Below are positions 57,144 to 64,000 of a DNA stretch of 64,000 nucleotides, piece by piece. Both the position numbers and the translations under genes were made by a program. The notes under the pieces were generated by a model. That model saw only the letters and a program-made list of their open reading frames with translations. It did no database searches and had not been told where the DNA came from. The stretch lies in the NCBI RefSeq assembly GCF_988243305.1, contig NZ_OZ547136.1; one strand, 5' to 3'. Each line of letters begins with the position of its first letter. Position 1 is the stretch's first letter.

Positions 57144-58061
57144 TTAATGTGCCTGACCGCGCATTTTCGCTACGGCTTTCACTCCCAGCACCACGATGCC
57201 GCCGATGATAAATCCAAGAATCAGATTTAAAACAGTCGGTAATATCATCGCCACCACTGCACTTTGCTGCCCGGCGAAATGTTCAATGGCGTGATGCAGC
57301 GGCGCAATACCATGTACCACAATACCGCCGCCGACGAGGAACATCGCCAGCGTGCCGACAATCGATAACGCCTTCATCAACCAGGGCGCAATGATCAATA
57401 ACCCTTTACCTAATGCCTGCATCAGCGCGCTGGATTTTTCCGCCAGCCAATACCCCAGGTCATCAATCTTAACGATAACCCCTACCAGACCGTAGACGCC
57501 CACGGTCACTACCAGCGCGATGCCTGAAAGCACCAGCACCTGATTAAGCAACGGCGCTTCGGCCACAATCCCCAGCGTGATGGCGACGATTTCGGCAGAC
57601 AATATAAAATCGGTACGAATCGCCCCTTTTATTTTGTCCTTTTCAAACTTCAGCGGATCCTGCGCCGCCAGCTTCTCCAGACGCTGCTGGCTCTGCGCCG
57701 GATCTTCTTTATGTTTACGCGCCTCCAGCATATGCAGCACTTTCTCTACTCCTTCAAAGCAGAGAAACGCGCCACCAATCATCAACAGAGGCGTAATCGC
57801 CCACGGGATAAACGCACTGATGATCAGCGCCAGCGGCACCAGAATCACTTTATTAATCAGCGATCCTTTCGCCACGCCCCAGACCACGGGAAGTTCCCGG
57901 TTGGCCCGCACGCCTGAAACTTGTTGCGCATTGAGCGATAAGTCATCCCCTAATACACCGGCGGTTTTCTTCGCCGCCAGTTTGCCCATCACGGAGATAT
58001 CGTCCAGTAGTGTGGCGATATCATCGAGCAACGTCAGTAAACTACTCCCGGCCAAAAGCAT
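57144..58061 (-). CDS. yedI: inner membrane protein YedI (DUF808)
   Basis: 305 aa. Confidence 0.9.
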   Translation of the reverse strand: MLLAGSSLLTLLDDIATLLDDISVMGKLAAKKTAGVLGDDLSLNAQQVSGVRANRELPVVWGVAKGSLINKVILVPLALIISAFIPWAITPLLMIGGAFLCFEGVEKVLHMLEARKHKEDPAQSQQRLEKLAAQDPLKFEKDKIKGAIRTDFILSAEIVAITLGIVAEAPLLNQVLVLSGIALVVTVGVYGLVGVIVKIDDLGYWLAEKSSALMQALGKGLLIIAPWLMKALSIVGTLAMFLVGGGIVVHGIAPLHHAIEHFAGQQSAVVAMILPTVLNLILGFIIGGIVVLGVKAVAKMRGQAH

Positions 58062-58233
58062 TCCCTCTCATTTTTATTGTTGAAGGGTGTAAGTATGAAG
58101 CAAAAACGGCAGCTCTGATACTTGCTTCACAGGTCAACATTTTTTTAACAATCAAGTGCAATTATATCTCTCGCCAGCAGAATGATTTTCACGTTTACTA
58201 TGAACCACCTTTTTATTTCCACCGTGAGGGATT

Positions 58234-59154
58234 ATGCGTTTCCGCCAGTTGTTACCGCTTTTTGGCGCGCTGTTTGCGTTGTATATCATTTGGGGCTCAA
58301 CCTATTTTGTCATTCGGATTGGCGTGGAAAGCTGGCCTCCGTTAATGATGGCAGGCGTTCGATTCCTGGCAGCCGGTATTTTATTGATGGCATTTTTGCT
58401 ACTGCGCGGACACAAGCTCCCCCCGCTACGTCCGCTGCTCAATGCCGCGCTGATTGGCCTGTTATTGCTGGCTGTCGGTAATGGCATGGTGACGGTTGCC
58501 GAGCATCAAAATGTTCCTTCCGGCATCGCCGCCGTTGTGGTTGCAACCGTGCCCCTCTTTACCCTGTGCTTCAGCCGCCTGTTTGGCATTAAAACGCGCA
58601 AACTGGAATGGGTGGGTATCGCCATTGGGCTTGCCGGAATCATCATGCTCAATAGCGGTGGAAATTTAAGCGGCAATCCGTGGGGCGCGATTCTGATTTT
58701 AATCGGCTCGATTAGCTGGGCGTTTGGCTCGGTTTATGGCTCGCGCATTACCTTACCTGTAGGGATGATGGCGGGTGCGATTGAGATGCTGGCGGCAGGC
58801 GTGGTGTTAATGATCGCGTCGATGATTGCAGGTGAAAAACTGACGGCGCTCCCTTCCCTTTCAGGCTTCCTTGCGGTCGGCTATCTGGCGCTGTTTGGTT
58901 CGATTATCGCCATCAACGCTTATATGTATTTAATCCGTAATGTCAGTCCGGCTCTCGCCACCAGCTACGCCTACGTTAACCCGGTGGTCGCGGTCTTGCT
59001 GGGTACGGGACTGGGCGGAGAGACGCTGTCGAAGATTGAATGGCTGGCGCTCGGCGTAATTGTCTTCGCGGTGGTACTGGTCACGTTGGGAAAATATCTC
59101 TTCCCGGCAAAACCCGTAGTTGCGCCAGTTATTCAGGACGCATCAAGCGAGTAA
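58234..59154 (+). CDS. yedA: EamA-family transporter YedA
   Basis: 306 aa, ten-TM profile. Confidence 0.9.
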   Translation: MRFRQLLPLFGALFALYIIWGSTYFVIRIGVESWPPLMMAGVRFLAAGILLMAFLLLRGHKLPPLRPLLNAALIGLLLLAVGNGMVTVAEHQNVPSGIAAVVVATVPLFTLCFSRLFGIKTRKLEWVGIAIGLAGIIMLNSGGNLSGNPWGAILILIGSISWAFGSVYGSRITLPVGMMAGAIEMLAAGVVLMIASMIAGEKLTALPSLSGFLAVGYLALFGSIIAINAYMYLIRNVSPALATSYAYVNPVVAVLLGTGLGGETLSKIEWLALGVIVFAVVLVTLGKYLFPAKPVVAPVIQDASSE

Positions 59155-59613
59155 ATGAATCCCCTGCGTGTCGATCTGCGCGCTGGCACCTTCGCCGCAG
59201 ATCCACTCTTCCAGACGCTCGGTAAGCGCTTCATCCGTCAGCTTCTCGCGCCCACGTAATGCACACTCCCAGACAATCAGTACGCGCCAGCCGAGTTCCT
59301 GCAAACGACTGATATCGCGGCGATCGCGTTCAACATTTTTACCTATCTTCTCCAGCCAGAACTCGGTTCGAGTCGCAGGCACTTTAAACAGATAGCAGTG
59401 ATGATGATGCCAGAAGCAGCCATGGGTAAATATCACGCAGCGATATTCATCAACGACAAAATCCGGGCTTCCGGGCAGACTGGCGTCCTGAACGCGAAAC
59501 GCCAGGCCCTGCCCGGTTAACAGACTGGCGAGGCGCTTCTCAATCGCCGTATCACGCGTGGCAATCGCGCGCATATTTTTGCTGCGAGTGGCCTTATCGT
59601 GAACGTCGGCCAT
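59143..59613 (-). CDS. vsr: very-short-patch repair endonuclease
   Basis: [17 protein letters not shown]..., overlaps dcm 3' end as in E. coli. Confidence 0.95.
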   Translation of the reverse strand: MADVHDKATRSKNMRAIATRDTAIEKRLASLLTGQGLAFRVQDASLPGSPDFVVDEYRCVIFTHGCFWHHHHCYLFKVPATRTEFWLEKIGKNVERDRRDISRLQELGWRVLIVWECALRGREKLTDEALTERLEEWICGEGASAQIDTQGIHLLA

Positions 59614-61012
59614 GTTGTGCCTCTTGCTGACGCAACGCCACCGCCTGTTTGATTTTTGGCTCAAGCAGTTTTGCCACCGCGGCAAAGACCGGCACGACCA
59701 CCGAGTTACCGAACTGGCGATAGGCCTGAGTGTCCGAAACCGGAATGCGGAATTTCGCTTCTCCCGGCGCTTCAAAACCCATTAAGCGCGCGCATTCCCG
59801 AGGCGTTAACCGACGTGGACGATGTTGCTGATTCAGCGGATCGTCAAAGTCTTTCTCACCTTTGGCCATATCCCAGCCGCGATCGATTAAAATTTCCGCG
59901 CCATCTTTGTAATAACGCGCAGACAGCGTACGCGTGACGCTTTGCGGATTGTTCGGATAAACCATTCCATAACCGAAGCCGTTACCGCGCGCCTGATGTT
60001 TTTTCGCATATCGATAGAGGTACTTCCACAGCACCGGCGTCAGGATATATTTCGCCTCGACCATCGGGTCCAACAGCTGCGCCAGCGTCACTCGCTGTGC
60101 AGGGAAACATTCGCTGATATCACGCAGAGTAAAATCGGCTTTCAGATTAAGATCGCGACGAAAACCCACCAGCACGATGCGTTCACGGTGCTGCGGCAGA
60201 AAATGTTTACCATCGATGATTTTCGGATCGTCCGGCCCGTTATCTTCTGCATCAGCCACGTCATAGCCCAGTTCGTCCAGCGTCTGCATGATGATGCGGA
60301 ACGTTTTACCCTGGTCGTGACTTTTCAGGTTTTTGACGTTTTCGAGCACAAACATCGCCGGACGACGCGCGTCGATAATGCGTACCACATCAAAAAACAG
60401 CGTGCCCTGGGTATCGCAGGCAAAACCGTGCGCCCGCCCGAGCGAGTTCTTTTTCGATACGCCAGCCAGCGAAAATGGCTGACAAGGGAAACCGGCCAGT
60501 AAAACATCGTGTTCAGGAATGTGTTGACGAATATGTTCCGCCGCCGCCTCATCACTCACGCCTTCTTTATGGCTGAGGGTGATATCGCGGATATCTTCAT
60601 TAAAATGATGCGTCGCCGGATCGCAATAATGGTTGGCTTTATAAGTGCGTACCGCATGTTTGTTCCATTCGCTGGTAAACACGCATTGTCCGCCAATCGA
60701 TTCAAAACCGCGACGGATGCCGCCAATTCCGGCAAATAGATCGATAAAGCGAAACGCATAATGCGGATGATGTGCCGGTGGTTTGGGTAACAACGTTTGC
60801 AGATGGGCGAACTCTTTCTCACTTAAACGGTGCCATGCCGAGTCATTCGCCAGCGCACGTTTTAAAATTGCCGCGCTCCAGTGATTCTCACCCACACCAT
60901 TAAGCTGCGCCACCAGCGTTTTAACATCATAAATTTGCAGCAGTTTCTCCAGCATTGCCTGTGCGGCATTCCCGGTGCTGTATGAATCGGTTACTGATAT
61001 ATTTTCCTGCAT
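59594..61012 (-). CDS. dcm: DNA-cytosine methyltransferase Dcm
   Basis: 472 aa, FAGIGG and PCQ motifs. Confidence 0.95.
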   Translation of the reverse strand: MQENISVTDSYSTGNAAQAMLEKLLQIYDVKTLVAQLNGVGENHWSAAILKRALANDSAWHRLSEKEFAHLQTLLPKPPAHHPHYAFRFIDLFAGIGGIRRGFESIGGQCVFTSEWNKHAVRTYKANHYCDPATHHFNEDIRDITLSHKEGVSDEAAAEHIRQHIPEHDVLLAGFPCQPFSLAGVSKKNSLGRAHGFACDTQGTLFFDVVRIIDARRPAMFVLENVKNLKSHDQGKTFRIIMQTLDELGYDVADAEDNGPDDPKIIDGKHFLPQHRERIVLVGFRRDLNLKADFTLRDISECFPAQRVTLAQLLDPMVEAKYILTPVLWKYLYRYAKKHQARGNGFGYGMVYPNNPQSVTRTLSARYYKDGAEILIDRGWDMAKGEKDFDDPLNQQHRPRRLTPRECARLMGFEAPGEAKFRIPVSDTQAYRQFGNSVVVPVFAAVAKLLEPKIKQAVALRQQEAQHGRRSR

Positions 61013-61078
61013 AGATTTAACCGGCCATCTGAGATGGCCGACAGGTTAACATAATTACAGCCATTTAGGGCCACGCGC

Positions 61079-61774
61079 TTATCCCGCGGGTGAAAACGCA
61101 TCTATCACCTTGTGATCGACACCTTCATTCTCCCCCGCCAGTTCGGCACTGAGCTTCGCCATAAACTCGACTAAAAAATGCGCGTTGTGCTGCGCCAGCT
61201 GCTTGCCTCTTGCGGTTTGCATGGTTTGCGGTAGCTTCAGCAACTTAGTCTGGAAATGATCCAGCGCGTAGCGTTTATCATCAAGCGGGCGATGCTGTGC
61301 GAACGGATCTTCACCATCAAACAGCGCCACGCCCAATGCCCCTGAAACGGCAAACACGCGCGCCAGGCCAATCGCCCCCAGGGCTTCCAGCCGATCCGCA
61401 TCCTGGACGATTTTAGCTTCCGTTGTTAAGGGGGCGATTTGCGCGCTGAAACTGTGAGCGGCAATGGCATGACAAACGGCCTCGATTTTCTCCGCCGGAA
61501 ATTGCTCGAACTCTTCACGGAGCAGGCGACGCGTCTCTTCTGCCGCCAGGATTGAAGAACGCTGCCTTTGCGGATGATTTTTCGCCAGGCTCACAATATC
61601 GTGAAAATAACAGGCGGTTAAAATCACCAGCATATCGACATCGTCATCTGCCGCCAGCTTCTGTGCCGTAGCCCAGACGCGGCGAAAATGACACACGTCA
61701 TGGGCCGCGTCCTGGTGCTGATGATGGTTTTTCAACCAGTTTTCGAACTGTGCCTGCCAGTGTTGTAAGTCCAT
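61079..61774 (-). CDS. yedJ: HD-domain phosphohydrolase YedJ
   Basis: 231 aa. Confidence 0.9.
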   Translation of the reverse strand: MDLQHWQAQFENWLKNHHQHQDAAHDVCHFRRVWATAQKLAADDDVDMLVILTACYFHDIVSLAKNHPQRQRSSILAAEETRRLLREEFEQFPAEKIEAVCHAIAAHSFSAQIAPLTTEAKIVQDADRLEALGAIGLARVFAVSGALGVALFDGEDPFAQHRPLDDKRYALDHFQTKLLKLPQTMQTARGKQLAQHNAHFLVEFMAKLSAELAGENEGVDHKVIDAFSPAG

Positions 61775-61813
61775 ACGCGCTCCGTTGCCAAAGAGTCGCC
61801 ACCTTAGCAGTTT

Positions 61814-62180
61814 TTATTCATAGCGTCTGCTACGTGCGGGACGAGGTCGGGTGTACCAGGCAATGCTGCCTAACAATGCCCCGACCAGAGCCATAAATAA
61901 AAATCCGACCAGTGCCCCTAACCACTTTCCCGCGGTAGAGCCTAAATCGCTTTTCAAATCCCGACACCGGGGCATCAGGGATCCGGCTCATCACCCAGAT
62001 GTAACGCGCCATTGCCCAGACGAAATAGCCACACCATGTATAGAAAGCCCACAAAGCCAATTTGCCGCCAGGGCTGCGAGAGAGTCTCTCTTCCATCTTT
62101 GTCGAACCGTATTCCATTTTGAGATAACCCGGAAAATTCAGACATAGTACTATTATGTGATAAAAGTCACATTTTTCCAC
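61814..62180 (-). pseudogene. yedR: yedR with apparent +1 frameshift in an A/T homopolymer (possible pseudogene or sequencing error)
   Basis: N-terminal part through ...PVSGFE is in one frame; the hydrophobic C-terminal helix SDLGSTAGKWLGALVGFLFMALVGALLGSIAW...RRYE* is in the +1 frame after tttt at 61951-61954. Confidence 0.6.
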
Positions 62181-62745
62181 ATTGGATGAGCCAGTCAAGA
62201 CTCAATCATTTTTTGAACAAATAGATAAATTTTGCGCAACGGCAATAATTACTGGAAAAACAGCAATAAAGATTTATTTATATCCTTGGTAATAGTTTTA
62301 TTAATTCACCCAAACAATATATTAGCACTGAATACAATTATACCTTTTTTGATTTCTGTGTCATGATAACCCCGTTATTAGCCTTTTATCGTCTTGTTTA
62401 TATTTTTTGGGCCGGCATGATGCCGGCTTTTTTTATACCTTCATTAATGTGCGCGTGATCACGCCTGCCGTTTGGCGCAACAATCATTGATACTCCCTAT
62501 CTTTCCATTCAACTCATAACATATTGATATACATTTATAATTTTCATGAATGTTTATATTTAGAATTCATAATTCTGAATTATATTAAATAGATTAGAAA
62601 CATTTTGAAATCTTTTAAATACATTTGTTACATGTAATCCTTAAAATAAAATGAACTTCATAGAATAGTATCCAAATGTGCTTTTTTTTGGATAACGGCA
62701 CTTATTGATATATTCATGAAGATTATAATCACAAGGGAATACATA

Positions 62746-63933
62746 ATGAAAAGAAAAGTTCTGGCAATGCTGGTCCCGGCGTTATTAGTTGCTGGCGCAG
62801 CAAATGCGGCTGAAGTCTATAATAAAGATGGTAATAAACTGGATTTGTACGGAAAAGTAGCGGGCCTGCACTACTTCTCTGATGATGCTGGCAGCGATGG
62901 CGACATGTCATATGCCCGTATCGGTTTCAAAGGTGAAACTCAGATCGCTGACCAATTCACTGGTTATGGTCAGTGGGAATTTAACATTGGCGCAAACGGT
63001 CCTGAAAGCGACAAAGGTAATACCGCAACGCGTCTGGCATTTGCAGGTTTAGGCTTTGGTCAGAATGGTACTTTCGACTATGGTCGTAACTACGGTGTCG
63101 TATATGACATCGAAGCATGGACCGATATGCTGCCAGAATTTGGTGGCGATACCTATGCTGGTGCCGACAACTTCATGAACGGTCGTGCTAATGGTGTTGC
63201 AACCTACCGTAACAATGGCTTCTTTGGTCAGGTCGATGGCCTGAACTTTGCTCTGCAATATCAGGGTAATAATGAAGATGATGGATTATTCGGTCAGGAA
63301 GGTTCTGGTAACGGTAATGGCCGTAAGTTAGCTAAAGAGAACGGCGACGGCTTCGGTATGTCCACTTCCTATGACTTTGACTTTGGTTTAAGTCTGGGCG
63401 CTGCTTACTCTAACTCTGACCGTACCGACAATCAGGTTCACAAAGGTACTCATAACACTCGTTATGGAGATCGCTTCGATGCAACTGCTGGCGGTGAAAC
63501 AGCAGAAGCATGGACCGTTGGTGCTAAATACGACGCTAATAACGTTTACTTAGCAGCTATGTATGCTGAAACCCGTAACATGACTGGTTACGGTGATGCT
63601 GATGCGATCGCTAACAAAACCCAAAACTTTGAAGTTGTTGCTCAGTATCAGTTCGACTTCGGTCTGCGCCCGTCCATCGCTTACCTGCAATCTAAAGGTA
63701 AGGATTTAGGCGGTGTAAATAGTGATAACTTCGACAGCCAGGGCAATCATCATTACACCAACAAAGATCTGGTTAAATATGTTGATATTGGTATGACCTA
63801 CTACTTCAACAAAAACATTTCCACCTACGTTGATTACAAAATCAACCTGCTGGACAACGACGACGACTTCTACAAAGAAAACGGCATCGCTACCGATGAT
63901 ATCGTAGCTGTGGGCTTAGTCTACCAGTTCTAA
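62746..63933 (+). CDS. yedS: outer membrane porin, OmpC/OmpF/PhoE family (yedS position), intact
   Basis: Signal peptide [21 protein letters not shown] then [17 protein letters not shown]..., C-terminal ...VGLVYQF; AT-rich upstream region. Confidence 0.8.
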   Translation: MKRKVLAMLVPALLVAGAANAAEVYNKDGNKLDLYGKVAGLHYFSDDAGSDGDMSYARIGFKGETQIADQFTGYGQWEFNIGANGPESDKGNTATRLAFAGLGFGQNGTFDYGRNYGVVYDIEAWTDMLPEFGGDTYAGADNFMNGRANGVATYRNNGFFGQVDGLNFALQYQGNNEDDGLFGQEGSGNGNGRKLAKENGDGFGMSTSYDFDFGLSLGAAYSNSDRTDNQVHKGTHNTRYGDRFDATAGGETAEAWTVGAKYDANNVYLAAMYAETRNMTGYGDADAIANKTQNFEVVAQYQFDFGLRPSIAYLQSKGKDLGGVNSDNFDSQGNHHYTNKDLVKYVDIGMTYYFNKNISTYVDYKINLLDNDDDFYKENGIATDDIVAVGLVYQF

Positions 63934-64000
63934 TCAGCCAACGCGCCGCGGCGTGTTACTGTAAAACTTAACAATAGCCTGAGTTCGTCCCTCATCGAAC

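Overview
This window is an Escherichia coli/Shigella-type chromosome segment with a Mu-like transposable prophage occupying the left ~29.5 kb (positions 1-29496, continuing beyond the window start). The prophage is inserted inside dcyD (D-cysteine desulfhydrase), truncating its 3' end. It reads almost entirely on the minus strand in canonical Mu order: repressor (plus strand), ner, DDE transposase A, ATPase B, about twelve small early accessory ORFs including gam, gemA, a Mor/C-family activator, SAR endolysin, overlapped spanins, terminase, portal, head genes, sheath, tube, chaperone, tape measure, and baseplate genes. The remaining ~34.5 kb is conserved host core: fliY-fliZ-fliA, fliC, fliDST, amyA, yedDEFK, fliE, fliFGHIJK, fliLMNOPQR, rcsA, dsrB, yodD, yedP, dgcQ, yodC, yedI, yedA, vsr-dcm, yedJ, yedR and a yedS-type porin. 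No CRISPR array, rRNA or tRNA was found. The best candidate for an undescribed system is a visibly AT-richer three-gene block (20128-21215) at the early/middle boundary of the prophage, one gene of which is oriented against phage early transcription. Other points worth a second look are a probable programmed frameshift in the tail chaperone, a small ORF that copies the C-terminal motif of the small terminase, a tandem paralog pair in the early region, and an apparent frameshift in host yedR. All calls rest on reading the translations and on recalled family knowledge; no database search was run, and GC content was judged by eye.
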